Of a stretch of 64,000 bases of DNA, positions 13,223-25,725 are shown in pieces (the stretch's first letter is position 1; each line of letters starts with the position of its first letter). Location of the stretch: NCBI GenBank assembly GCA_032718475.1, contig JAUCBJ010007517.1, forward strand, positions 8,679-72,678. Direction: 5' to 3'. Origin of the DNA: Nemertoderma westbladi. Taxonomy: Eukaryota > Animalia > Xenacoelomorpha. Both the position numbers and the translations under genes were made by a program. The notes under the pieces are model-generated. The model searched no databases and was not told the DNA's origin. It saw nothing but the letters and a program-made list of their open reading frames with translations.

Positions 13223-13939
13223 TCACTGCAACATACATTATTATACTGCTATTTACTGTTGTCATTATTTGTATCAGTTGGTTGAATATTATTACTTGGA
13301 GAACATCGATAAATAACCCGAATTTCCCAATTTTCTTGATACACTACAGGTTAGAGAGACGGGTTACATATAGCGATTGCGACTTACATTATCGTGGTTT
13401 GTAGTGAATTTAATGCTATTTGATAAGCACTACATGAGTCAATTGCTGTTCTCTTTATGTATGATAAAATTCATTGACAGTCGGCAGATTAGTGTGCAGT
13501 ATTGTGGGTTACCGGTAGTGTGCATGATTGTGGCTGATAACTAAGCATTTCCTAAAGAATGCGCCTCATACGTGAATCATAAGCCTTACCATCTTACCGT
13601 TGTGTTTAGTATAAGTCATATCTCTGTTTACCTAGATAGAGCGCCACGTCCTAAAGGAACTGTTAATATTTCCCGAAAGTGAAAAATATTCGTCAGAAAT
13701 TATTTATTAACGATCAATCGAATAATACAGTAAGCTTACACTGCAATAAAAATCTAAGCCCTCCGAATCCAGTCTCCCGGGTATATCCAGCGGGTGAATG
13801 GACGCGCACTAGGCTGGCTTCGGCTAATGTTGTGTTTATTGGTATTAAATACTTGTCATATGCTAAAGTCTATTTATAAACCAAAAGACATATAAATTTT
13901 GGCAGGTTAAACTGCTAAAGGTCTTCAAAAGCGCGTACA
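13223..13939 (+). repeat. Inverted partial family A LTR (solo or 3' LTR of an opposite-orientation copy)
   Basis: Reverse complement of 12326-13038 with scattered differences; ends ...GCGCGTACA and is not followed by family A internal sequence. Confidence 0.9.
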
Positions 13940-14167
13940 CATGTAGAGAAGCAATGTGAGACTACCACCACACAATAGTGCAGGAAATGAGATTATACCC
14001 AAAAAAATTAAAATAATATTTTCGACCTACCAGAGCCCAATTTGACCAACTGAATTATAAATACTAAATGAGATAGTACAAGCAACAAACCCTACAATGT
14101 AGTTTATATACACTAGGTGTAATATTATGGTTTTGTACAGAAGTGGAAAATATGAGAACACGCGTCA

Positions 14168-14221
14168 CGCGTCACGCAATACGTACGTTTCGGCCAAACA
14201 GGCCTCATCAGTTAGTAGCGC
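14168..14221 (-). ncRNA. Minimal type I hammerhead ribozyme (Penelope-like element remnant)
   Basis: Minus strand reads CUGAUGA-GGCC-UGUUU-GGCC-GAAAC-GUAC-GUA: full core, 4-bp stem II, palindromic stem III loop, GUA triplet and a bulged stem I. Confidence 0.8.
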
Positions 14222-14259
14222 TAACCAGCTCTGCCACTAGCCCCTGACACGCACACTCC

Positions 14260-16383
14260 CATGGACGGATTAAGGGGGGGGGGGCAACAGGGGCAGCTGC
14301 CGGGGGCCCGTAAGTTGGAAGGGGCCCGCAAGTTGGGAGAAATTTACCGAACATTATCTCACTGATAAAACAACCTCATTTATTTATTAATTTCTGGCTG
14401 TTCAATAAATATTTAGAGTATATCTCACATATAGCCTCACCATTCAGAGCACTGTGTCCCATAGAATGTTTAAAGTGTTTTAAAAAAATATTTTAAGTGT
14501 GGGGCGAGCCACGAAGTTGGCGGAGCCTTAGCGAATTGACACTGTTAGGGGGTGGGTCAATTTATGCAAATAGTTGTTGTCGTCGTCGTTGTCGTCGTCG
14601 TCGTCGTCATCGTTGTCGTCGTCGTTACGATTTTGACATGCTAATAACTTTGTCGGATTTAAAGCTGCCAAGTTGAAAATTTGTAGGTATCAATATGAGC
14701 AAAAGTTGAGATTTTTGAGAGACTTTCAGACACCATCAGTGCAATGGTCTCCCGCTAGAGGGCCACATGTCTAAACATTAAATGCCCTCCCATTTCTTTG
14801 CTTTTAATCCGTTTAAGCTGAAACTTGGCAGATATGTATTAGACCATTAGCTGTGACTTTCAAAGGAGGCGAATCCATCTGCAGTTCTCCAGTCTGCCGC
14901 TAGAGGGCCAAAGGTCTGAAAGTGAAATCGTTGTCGTCGTTACGATTTTGACATGCTAATAACTTTGTCGGATTTAAAGCTGCCAAGTTGAAAATTTGTA
15001 GGTATCAATATGAGCTAAAGTTGAGATTTTTGAGAGACTTTCAGACACCATCAGTGCAATGGTCTCCCGCTAGAGGGCCACATGTCTAAACATTAAATGC
15101 CCTCCCATTTCTTTGCTTTTAATCCGTTTAAGCTGAAACTTGGCAGATATGTATTAGACCATTAGCTGTGACTTTCAAAGGAGGCGAATCCATCTGCAGT
15201 TCTCCAGTCTGCCGCTAGAGGGCCAAATGTCTGAAAGTGAAATCGTTGTCGTCGTTATGATATTGACATGCTTATAACTTTGTCGAATTTAAAGCTGCCA
15301 AGTTGAAAATTTGTTTTGTTGAAAATCAGTTCAACAGTCACCCGCTATAGGACTACTTTATGCCTGAAAGTGAATAGATTCTCCCGTCTCATTGATTTTA
15401 ATCAGTTTAAGCTGAATCTTGCCATATATTCTGGACCACATGCTGCGTCTTTGTGGGGGGGGGGGGGGGGGGGGGATTTAATCGGTCTGCCGCTATACGA
15501 CGAAATTTCTGAAAGTGAGATCCGTCTCTCATTTCGTTATCCGTTATTCAAGATGAAACTTGGCCGATGTACGTATGTACTATTCATCCATAGGCTGTGT
15601 CTTTGTGGGGCTGGAGACCCTAATCCATCTTCAGTTCTCACTATACCGCTAGAGTCAGAAATGTCTGAATAGAAATGAAAGAGGTAAAAAGTGATTAGGC
15701 GAAATCTGCTTAATATTTGCTAATACAGTAATACTTTCGAATTACTACTTAAATTAAATTTAAGTCACGTGCTGCGCGAAGGCCCCACTTCGTGTAATGT
15801 AATGCTTAAAGGAAACCGTTAGCAAAAAAACTAAATTAACCAAAAAAAAAAAAAAAAAATTTAAATAATAGTAAACTATTACTGTATTACAATTAACATT
15901 TAATTTACCTTTCAATTAATATTATCTGAAATCATTCACGAGTTCAGTAGGTTAGGAAATTGCTATTTTTAAGTAATTTTGTGTCTAATTTATTGATATA
16001 CCAGTATATTATTCGTTCCTAAATATAGAATTATGTCTTTTGGATGGTGTAATTTTAGGAAAAAATTAGTATTATTTAAATAATAAAGGACTATTATTCG
16101 ATAAAAAAAAAGTAAGCGGAAATCACCGCTTTTTTAACTGATATTCAATCAGCGAAATTCAACTCTGTTTTTTTTTTGTTTTTTTTATTCAACTGTTACG
16201 TTTTTATATCGAATATATTGTTTTATTTGAAAAAAATATCATACCAGCGTTACTTATTTGTACCAACGGGGACCAAAATTTTTTGCAATTGGTTTTCGTC
16301 GGGGGGGGGGGGGGGGGGGGGGGGGGGTAAGGGGCCCGTAAGTTGCGACTGCCGGGGGCCCGAAAATCCATAATCCGTCCCTG
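14260..16383. mobile_element. Non-autonomous hAT-type element (MITE) with nested insertion
   Basis: TIRs CATGGACGGATTA / TAATCCGTCCCTG; 8-bp TSD CACACTCC at 14252-14259 and 16384-16391. Confidence 0.88.
14497..15788 (+). mobile_element. Helentron/HINE-like non-autonomous repeat with (GTC)n and 316-bp internal tandem units
   Basis: Ends TGTGGGGCGAGCCACGAAGT ... GTGCTGCGCGAAGGCCCCAC are shared with the copy at 61990-62299, and its 5' end with 23571, 36849 and 61138. Superfamily assignment is inferred. Confidence 0.55.
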
Positions 16384-16520
16384 CACACTCCCACCTAATC
16401 CACTTCTATTGAACGGGCAGTCTTAAGTTGCATATATTCTATTTCTAACAGTATGGCGTCTCTAAAGGGTCAAAATATAAATGAATAACAACCTCTATGA
16501 AACAAAAAAATGCCTCCATA

Positions 16521-16655
16521 TTTGTTACTGCAGTAATAAATAATTGTTACTGCAGTCGAAATTATTTATTACTTCAGTAACAATTATTTCTTACTGCAGT
16601 AACAATTATTTATTACTGCAGTGACAATTATTTATTACTGCAGAAACAATTATTT
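16521..16655. repeat. 22-bp minisatellite (TACTGCAGTAACAATTATTTAT), left part
   Basis: Tandem units, the first two inverted; the array resumes at 18996 after the LINE. Confidence 0.85.
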
Positions 16656-18995
16656 GATATTGATATTGATATTGATTTATTAGTGACGGGACACATAATA
16701 GATAACATTTAAGTTGGTATAGACCGTTAGCAACCATACAATTGTTATAGATACAGTACGAGATATTTTTGTTATGAATTTAAATCAGTATGGTATGAAA
16801 AGTATATGAACAGTACATCTTGCGCGAGATATATCGATAAAATTGTCACTTAATGGGATAGCCACATGAGGCGGACCTCGTTTCCATGTGGGTCCCCGCT
16901 GTGTAATAATGTTTTAGGTAAAATAGTCGGGGAAGTAATAAAATTAAATTTAGGACTACAGATTAGAATACACAAATAAAGTGGTCAGTGCTTAATCTAA
17001 AAATGGTTATAGATGGGATAATTTGAAATTTGTTACTTAAAATTGTCAAATATTTAGATAAAATAAATATAAAAAAACAAACTTAGTAAAGGAACTGCGA
17101 TGCATTGTTTGTGGACTACTACAGTAATAAGATTGTATAATTGTTGGGGAAACAATAAAATTAAATTAAATTCAGGACTACGAATAGAAATACACAAATG
17201 AAATAGTTAGTGATTTAATCTAAAAATGGTTATAGATGGGATAATTTAAAATTTGTTACTTAAAATTTTTCTGTCAATTTACTGTCAAAAATTCTGTCAA
17301 GTATTTAGATAAATAAAGGTAGAAAAACAAACTTAGTAAAAGAACTGCGATGCATGTTTATGAATTAAGTGGGTTAATAGTGTGCAAGTAATTGTGATTC
17401 ATGCGTCGGTTAGAGTATTTAAGTAATGGCGTTTTACTTGGTGTTTAAAAGACTCTAGTGTCGTTGCCTCGGTTACACAGTTCGGTAGGGCGTTCCAGAA
17501 CGCTGGGCCTCGATATTCAAATGAGTTCTGTGCGAATTTAGTATTCTTATGGGGGATCGATGCTTTTGTTCTCGGGGTTCGTGTTGATCGCGTGTTTTTA
17601 TTGAAGTTAACCATATCTTGGATGTAACTCGGTGAGGTTCCGCGCTGGGTCTTGTACATAAGAGTTACCAGATTTTGTTGCACTCGATATTCTATTGGTA
17701 GCCAGTTTATGGTTTTGTAGTGCGATGGATAGATGTGGCTGCGGTCCTCTAAAGATAAGCAATATCGAATGCACTTCCGCTGCAGTGCCTCAAGCTTGTT
17801 GCGCCAGATTGAGCTGATTGAGTAGAACCAGACAGCAGCAGCATAGTCCATGAGTGGCTGTATCAGCGCGTTACGTAGTAGGCGACGTAGGTTGTAGCTC
17901 CTTCGCAATTGACGTAAAGAATGTATTAAATGTATCAGCAATTTGTTTTGGTTCGTGTACTAGAGCTCTGCCATTGTGGATTTTGTTATGGCCGACGGCT
18001 TGGTTTTCTTTACTGGCATTCCTAGGGACTTTAATGTTTTCCATAACTTTTTGTGGTCGGTCCTGTTATTTTCGATTTGGGTCCGTATGTAAGCTTTCGT
18101 AGCCTCTTTGATGGGGTTAGTGGCAACGTTCCTTTGTTTTTTGAAATCGGTTTCATTTATGACAGTGCGGTTGTGTTTCAGTTTTGAAAATGATTTGTCC
18201 CTTACTATTATCAGCTGTAGAAGTTCCGGTGTAAGCCATGGTTCCGAATGTGTCTTGATTCTTATATCCCTGTTTGGGGCTATTGAATCCAGTATTGAAG
18301 TTAGCTGAGTAGTGAGGATGTTGACGGCTGTGTCCACATTAGTAATTAGGCTGATATTCGATATAGCATCATTGCGCGCTATCATATTGGATACGGCTGC
18401 GGGGGAGTATTCCTTATAGTTTCTGGCATTAATTATATGAGGAGGAACTGCATCCGGTTTGACTTTCTTTCTAGTTATATGAACTATGTAGTGGTCGCTG
18501 ATACCAACCTCAATAACACCATAGTCAGTAACCTTGTCAGCCAATGATGTAGTGTAGATGTGGTCTATGAGGGTAGCTGTTGTGTTGGTTACACGAGTGG
18601 CCTCCTTGATAATCTGTTTTGCACCAATCGAGTTGCAGTAAGAAATGACTACATTTTTGTCCCCAATCTGTCTGGGGTCATTCGATAACATATCGACGTT
18701 CACATCACCCAGAATGAAAATTTCGCGTAGTTCACCGATGCTTCCAATTCCTGTTTCTAGAGTGTTGAAGAAGTGTGTAACTGAAGATGATGGTGGACGA
18801 TAAACCGAGCCGATTAGGATTCTAGGTGTTTGTTTGAGTAAGAGAAAACCAAACAGTCCTTCAATATCCAGATTATTTAGTGTATCACAGGGTTCCAGTG
18901 TTAGATTATTTTTCGTATAGATAGCTACACCTCCGTGTCCATTTTCTATTCTGTCTTTCCTTGTGACATAGTATCTATTAGACATAGTCATAGCA
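16656..18995 (-). mobile_element. CR1/L2-group LINE fragment (APE endonuclease joined by deletion to the ORF2 C-terminus, 3' UTR, repeat tail)
   Basis: GGVAIY, VYRPP, ILGDVN, LIDHIY, SDH motifs (17960-18991); post-RT C-terminus (17399-17941); RT core missing; minus-strand end AATAAA+(TCAATA)n. Confidence 0.85.
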
Positions 18996-19177
18996 TTTAT
19001 TACTGCAGTACCAATTATTTATTACTGCAGTAACAATTATTTATTACTGCAGTGACAATTATTTATTACTGCAGTACCAATTATTTATTACTGCAGTAAC
19101 AATTATTTATTACTGCAGTGACAATTATTTATTACTGCAGTGACAATTATTTATTACTGCAGTGACAATTATTTATT
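18996..19177. repeat. 22-bp minisatellite, right part (~8 units)
   Basis: Same unit as 16521-16655. Confidence 0.88.
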
Positions 19178-20490
19178 GCCAGGAACCCAGACAAGCACTA
19201 TCCCTGAGATCCTAGAGTCGGCTTATGGTGGTGTCTGGCTCAACAGACCTGGTTCGTCAACGGACCCTATATGGGAGTCCCGCCATGAACGGCTGACCCA
19301 TTTGCCAGGCCACCGTTACGTGGTCCCGGGGGGTAATGTGGGGCGTAAGATAGTCGACGTCCTTACCAGTGAGGTTGAAGGTCTCGCCAATGGCTCACGC
19401 CCATCGGAGCGCCCACTGTGCTTCATCGCCACAGTATTCCAACGGGACCCAGATGTCAGTAAAAGTCCGGATGTACGGCGGACACTGCTGAGGCGCACCG
19501 AGATGTTGGAGCGCGGCGAGTTTGATGCACTAGTCGCCGAGGCTGCTAGGTCCAGCGCCAAGTTTCCTACAACTCGAGGCGAAGTCAAACCAAACACTGC
19601 ACGTACTTTTAATAGGAAGATCCTCGCTGGGATGAACCGTGCCGCAGTACGGGCTGCTACCAACCGGGACACCGGTGGAGTCCTCGATCCGAATGCTCAG
19701 GCAGGAGGCGAACCAGATGGAGTAACTGTCCGGGACATCCTTCAAAGGAAGCACCCCTTACAGGCTCCTATAAGACCTGAATCACTGGAACCGTGCCCTG
19801 TTCTCCCACCATTAGAGGCTGTTGATATATCAGGACAGATAGTCCTCAAAGTCACCAAGACTCTGCGAGGCAGCGCTGGACCAGTCGGCGGCGATGCAGA
19901 ACTCTGGAGCGCTCTGCTCACACGCTATGAAGCCCACAGTGCATGCCTCCGTGAAGCTGTCGCCAGTCTCGCACGACGCCTCTCTAACACCATGGTACCA
20001 TGGGGCCAGATCCGGGCACTGAGGGCCTGTCGGTTGATCGGCCTTGACAAGAAGCCGGGTGTCCGACCTATCGGCATTGGGGAGGTGTTATACCGCCTGC
20101 TGGCGAACTGTCTGGCGATGGCGACGAAGTCAGATCTAATCGCAGAGTGTGGTGCGGACCAACTGTGCACGGGCGTCAAAGCCGGACTCGAGGGCGCCAT
20201 ACACGCCATGACATCTATTTTCACCGAGGAGGAGACCCAGGCAATGCTGCTTGTTGATGCGAGCAACGCATTCAACAGCTTGAGTCGCCCAGCAGCATTG
20301 TGGAACTGTCGCATTTACTGGCATCGAGCATCACGTTTTGTGTATAATGCTTATAACGGTCACGCTGCCCTCTACATGTCTGGCTCAAAGTCGCCCATAT
20401 GGAGTGCCGAAGGGATGACACAAGGTGATCCCCTCGCAATGCTGGTTTATGGGTGCACCACCCTCCCAATGATTCGGGCATTACGCAATA
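19178..20490 (+). pseudogene. CRE-clade-like non-LTR retrotransposon RT fragment
   Basis: RLIGLDKKPGVRPIGIGE, QLCTGVKAGLEGAIHAM, VDASNAFN, GMTQGDPL; breaks off before YxDD. The ORF-track start lies in the minisatellite. Confidence 0.78.
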
Positions 20491-20682
20491 TTCAAGCAGA
20501 CCCTTCTTCACCCAAGTTATCACCTCAACCGAGTTTGTCCACCACTCAACCCTTACCATCGCCTACCAGGAGCACCAGTGTCCCACAGTCACCGCATTCA
20601 AGGAGATACACCGAGACTCGATCACTATCGCAACCATTACCTCCCATCGAGCCATCGTTAAAGGAGGAGTATGTATATAATC

Positions 20683-20920
20683 TGAACGTTCCGAAATTAA
20701 CTTATGGACGTCCCGAAATTAATTTATGGACGTCCCGTAATTAATTTATGGACGTCCCGTAATTAATTTATGGACGTCCCGAAATTAATTTATGGACGTC
20801 CTGAAATTAATTTATGGACGTCCCGAAATTAATCTACCAACCACTCAGAATCGTAATGAAATAACTAATTAATGGACGTCCATAAATTAATTTCGGGATG
20901 TTAATTTCGGAAATTAATTT
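20683..20920. repeat. 23-bp minisatellite (CCGAAATTAATTTATGGACGTC-like) with an inverted unit
   Basis: About 6 tandem units to 20832, inverted copy ~20874-20900. Confidence 0.85.
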
Positions 20921-20990
20921 CAATAATATTTTTTTTTATAATAAAAATTTTTTTAAATATTTTTTTACAATGTATAATTCGCGGACACTG

Positions 20991-21397
20991 CGGGGTGACT
21001 ACAAAACAAAGACCCAATTATAAAGACCTGCATAATCTTTGTTACATGTGTTAACTTTCGTTAATTGTTTTGAATCCCTCGTCACGCCTCTGTAACTTGC
21101 TTCTTTACTAACCTGCACTTTTAAATAGCAATGGTACATAACGCTCATTGTGACCTGTACAAAACAAAGAGGTAAAGTCGCGTTACGTCCCAAAGAGCGT
21201 TAGGTTCCAAAGAGCTTTAGGTCCCATTGCCAGAGAGCGCGAGGTTACATTGCCATTTAAAGGAGCAGGTTAGTAAAGAAGCAGGTTACAGAGGCGTGTT
21301 GGGGAACCAAAACAATAAACGAGAGTTAACACATGTGTTTTGTATTTGTACAGGTCTTTATTATTTGGGTCGTTGGTCTTTGTTTTGTAGCACCCGA
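20991..21397. mobile_element. Foldback/palindromic MITE
   Basis: Arms such as CTACAAAACAAAGACC / GGTCTTTGTTTTGTAG and CACGCCTCTGTAAC / GTTACAGAGGCGTG are reverse complements. Confidence 0.7.
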
Positions 21398-22233
21398 CAT
21401 ACGGTGTTGCGTGGGGGCCACCCACCCACACTCAACTCCCAACTTCCTGGACACTAGGATACTGAGTGAAAGCGTCTGAAGCTACTACAGGAACTCCATG
21501 ATATACTAAGGGCTAGCGACTAGGGACTGGCACCCTTGAACATGTAAACTGTAGTACCTACTGTACCACCTACCTTAAAGTGACCTGTGGGACCAGCGCA
21601 TTATTAGTGAGGTCGGCATTTCTCTTTATCCTGCCGCTCTCTTTGTATTACAATAGCATACAGCTAACCAATGGCAATGGTCTACCCCCAGTGCGGGAAA
21701 GACAAGCTGGCTACCATTGAAATGAATAGGGGAAGGATAATATGGTGTGTTCGTGTTCCCATCCTAATGTCTGTCATCTTGGCTCAGCTAAGCTTAAACA
21801 GAGCCACAGCCTACAATAGAGCTTTACCTAAATACACTTCCAGTGAGCCAAGCAGTAGTGGCGGGTTAGCTCCAAAATGCCCATGTAGGATTTCTTCGAA
21901 AAAGGACCAATTGGTTGAGTTACGAGTTACAGTGAAAAAGTATTCATGATTAGATTTTGCTTTGAACAGACAGACAGGAGAAACACGTTCGTGGGGCCTT
22001 CGCGCAGCACGAGGCCCAGTTATGAGATACAAATTAAAATTGAGCGACTGTATCACAAAATCAGGTTTTGAGAAATTTACCCACACCACCAATCAATCAA
22101 AGAAAGGGGGACAGCACGTGTTCACCCCTTTTAATCCCCCCCCCCCCCCCCCCAACCCTTCCCAACCACCAATACATAACCGCGACATCTACCACCCACG
22201 GAAGGGTAGCACGAACTTATTTCCAATCGCACG

Positions 22234-22526
22234 TTCAATATGCAAAGCCAGGTGGTTTATAGGAATATAATAAACGCAGTACTCGTTTTCATTATAAGCC
22301 TCGTTGCGTTCGTCCTGTTTTGTATTTAAATATATTTCTTAAACGCAGTCTAGGACGATCTTTATAATAATAATAACTAGGGATGCGATCAATATGTGAA
22401 GCCAGGTGGTTTATATAATAATTTAGTCAACGCAGTACTAGTCTTCATTATATGCCTCGTTGCGCTCGTCTCTTGTCCTGTTTTGTCATAAAATATTTTT
22501 CCAAAACGCAGACTGACGATCTTTAT
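22234..22526. repeat. ~155-bp degenerate tandem duplication
   Basis: TCAATATG...AAGCCAGGTGGTTTATA...AACGCAGTACT occurs twice. Confidence 0.65.
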
Positions 22527-23329
22527 ACAGTTAGAACTATGCGAAGTTTCGAAACTGTGCGAGTAACTGTTGATACATCTATGTGGAGATGTGTGATATG
22601 TGGAGATGTGTGATACAACGCCAACGCATCTTATGCCGATGTAGTAATATGGGTATTGAAATAATATTAAATCAATGTACACTCTTAAAGCTGCAGCGAA
22701 AAAATGTAGCTAATTTCCTAGGTTACATATAAAATAATAATATTATTTTTAAGAACATTAATTTTACTACTTTGCAAAAATTCAATTAAAAAATAACCAG
22801 ACTTGTATTTATGTTATTATATCTGTCATTTACCTGAGATAGCAATTAATAGTAGTAGTAGTCGAACGGTTATGCGGCCCGTCCAGCCTATAATAAACAC
22901 AATTCAGTGATAGTGATAATAATACAACACTTATAGTAGAGTCATTAGGAATTGGAATACAGGAAGGATGTTGGGATGTTGGATTTAAAGAATGCTGTCT
23001 GGGCTGGAATAGCAATGCTGGTTGCCTATTACAATTCCTCTCTGGTTAGTCTACAGCCACAACTCCCAGCCATAGCTAGCTCCATACCAGCAGAGACTTG
23101 ACCAATAATGGGAAGGATTAAATTTGTACTCAATAATTGTGCCGTTTAATTACGTTTAGATCAATTAAAGACACATTTATTAAAGCAAATCACTTGAACT
23201 AAATAAAAACTATAATAGAATGGCGTATGTGGATTACATCTGTATAATTTTTAAGTATAATTATTTAAATCTTATACTGTAAAACAATTAATTTCCTTTA
23301 AAAGGCAGGTTGAAAATGGTGTTTTCACC

Positions 23330-23571
23330 GTAATCAACTTAATTAACTAATTAACTGCTTTTATCTTAGCTTCTCGAAGACCACACGGAAATTCTACATG
23401 GAAAATTTCTAAACTTTTGCCAAACAACATGTGTACCAAGTTTGGATAGATTGCATCAAAGATTGGCCGAGTTATTAACGTTTAAAATTGAACACGACAG
23501 AACGACAGAACGACAGGTTGATTAATGGTACCACTACGCTAAGGCTCACTCACTTCGTGGCTCGCCCCACA
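23330..23571 (-). mobile_element. Helentron/HINE-like repeat fragment (same family as 14497)
   Basis: Reverse complement of TGTGGGGCGAGCCACGAAGTGAG ends at 23571; short ACGACAGA repeat; left boundary uncertain. Confidence 0.5.
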
Positions 23572-24506
23572 GATGGAATATATAGGTCATCTAATTAATT
23601 GTTTAAAGATTAGCAAACAATACAGTGTAATTGAATTGATGAAATCCATAAATAAAACGTGGATACAAAATGTAAAATCGGGTGGCAAAATATAAATTTC
23701 TGAGCTAAGAAAGGGAAATTGGATACTGTACAACTTATCTGGATACAAGCGTCCGTTTACCTTACAAAATGAAAAATAAACGTGCGAAATATAAAACAGT
23801 AGTATCCTACTCGAACGGAACGGAACTGGGGGGGGGGGGGGGGGGGTTGGGGAGGGAATGTCCGGAAATCGAAGCCTTTTTCTATCTGCCAACATCCTGG
23901 GCTTTACTTACACTCAGCCTCTATTCACTGGCTGTGATTGACAGAAGTTCCTTTCATGAATGCCGCAATTTATATTTGGCCATTTTGGTCGTTTTGGCCG
24001 CCAAAATGACCAAGTTAATGTTTATTGGGATTGGGATTGTAGAGATGAAACAAAAGTGCTATAAAAAAGTCATGTTTTCTGTAGGCCTATGTTTTTATCA
24101 GCCCTATCTGTATACTATTGATTTTTAAATCACCATTGTATGTACTGTATATTTTAATTAGATGCATTTGTCACTTTCTTTCTGATAATTCCATTTGGTG
24201 TCTGTTTTTATTTTCTTCTTTGTTCGCTTAACAACTGTAAGTGTACCTTGTTGTTTTTCTCCGGTGACAATTTTAATTCATTTAATAATATTTCACTGTG
24301 TTTAACAATAATAATAAAAATAAATAATTGTCAGCGTCAATATAATCTGGTTGGGGTTCTACAATGTACCAATTAGCCTCCACCCTCACCCATCGTCAAT
24401 AATTGATTAATTTATATCTAGGATAATTAATTATAACCTACTTGTATATGTATGTATTTAATTATTGTTTATTTAATTATTTAATTTATTATTGTCGGAA
24501 TTATGG

Positions 24507-24661
24507 AGGGGGGGGGGGGGGGGGGGAACTGGACGCAATAAAAATTAATCCTTCTCCAGGGGAAATTCGACGCAAATAACAGCTGATTATTCTCAAAAAT
24601 AAAACTGTAACATGTTCTATTGTGCTTAGTTCTGTAGTTTATTGTTTTGGTTAAAATAACG
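24507..24661. mobile_element. Left part of the host MITE interrupted by A2 (continues 56973-57040)
   Basis: Homologous to 61894-62457, which has the empty site AAAATAACGTGCCACTG. Confidence 0.8.
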
Positions 24662-25647
24662 TGTACGCGCTTTTGAAGACCTTTAGCAGTTTAACCTGCC
24701 AAATTTTATATGTCTTTTGGTTTATAAATAGACTTTAGAAATTGACAAATATTTAATACCAATAAACACAACATTAGCAGAAGCCAGCCTAGTGCGCGTC
24801 CATTCACCCGCTGGATATACCCGGGAGACTGGATTCTGAGGGCTTAGATTGTTATTGCAGTGTAAGCTTACTGTATTATTCGATTGATCGTTAAAAAATA
24901 ATTTCTGACTAATATTATTCACTTTCGGGAAATATTAACAGTTCCTTTAGGACGTGGCGCTCTATCTAGGTAAACAGAGATATGACTTATACTAAACACA
25001 ACGGTAAGTCGGGAAGGCTTATGATTCACGTATGAGGCGCATTCTTTAGGAAATGCTTAGTTATCAGTCACAATCATGCACACTACCGGTAACACACAAT
25101 GCTGCACACTAATCTGCCGACTGTCAATGAATTTTATCATATATAAAGAGAACAGCAATTGACTCATGTAGTGCCTATCAAATAGCATTAAACTCACTAC
25201 AAACCACGATAATATAAGTCGCAATCGCTATATGTAACCTGTCTCTCTAACCTGTAGTGTATCAAGAAAATTGGGAAATTTGGGTTCTTTATAGATATTC
25301 TCCAAATAATATTCAACCAATATCACAAAAAATAACAACAGTAAAAGCATTAAGACGGTAGGTTAAGATATGATATGACAATGTATGTGCCGTATTGATC
25401 GGGTTGTTATGATATGATTGATATGATATGATTGATAACAGTTATACGCTCTATAATCTAAGCTCTGCTGCTATAGCTCTGGTTGGCCGATAGAACATAG
25501 TAAAGAGCCCCTCGTATAACAAATCAGCCAATCAGCCGGTCGCTTTGCATCATTCGAGTTAGAGAGCTTTTTAGAGTATTCCAGCGCCTGGGGGGAAACT
25601 GGATTGCAAAGCAAAAGGGCCAGTTATATCCCACAAAAGCTTTTACA
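24662..25647 (-). repeat. A2 3' LTR (986 bp)
   Basis: Differs from the 5' LTR by a 3-bp indel, a 1-bp indel and one substitution seen by eye. Confidence 0.95.
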
Positions 25648-25657
25648 CCGCTCCCAG
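25648..25657 (-). promoter_or_regulatory. A2 polypurine tract
   Basis: Minus-strand GGGAGCGG abuts the 3' LTR. Confidence 0.75.
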
Positions 25658-25725
25658 AAAATGGGATTTGAGTCTATAAAATATACAAAATCACAGTTTC
25701 TAATATACGTAAATACTCTAAACAG

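Noticed and set aside
12363-13879. Short ORFs recurring in family A LTRs (MNNIGQKLF...)
   Set aside because: Non-ATG starts, indels shift the frame between copies, and recurrence only reflects LTR identity.
15454-16327. Poly-G runs as functional G-quadruplex elements
   Set aside because: They are homopolymers inside MITEs, with lengths unreliable in assemblies.
21400-22100. GC-balanced segment as a possible exon or ribozyme
   Set aside because: No recognisable motif, long frame or complete ribozyme core found by eye.
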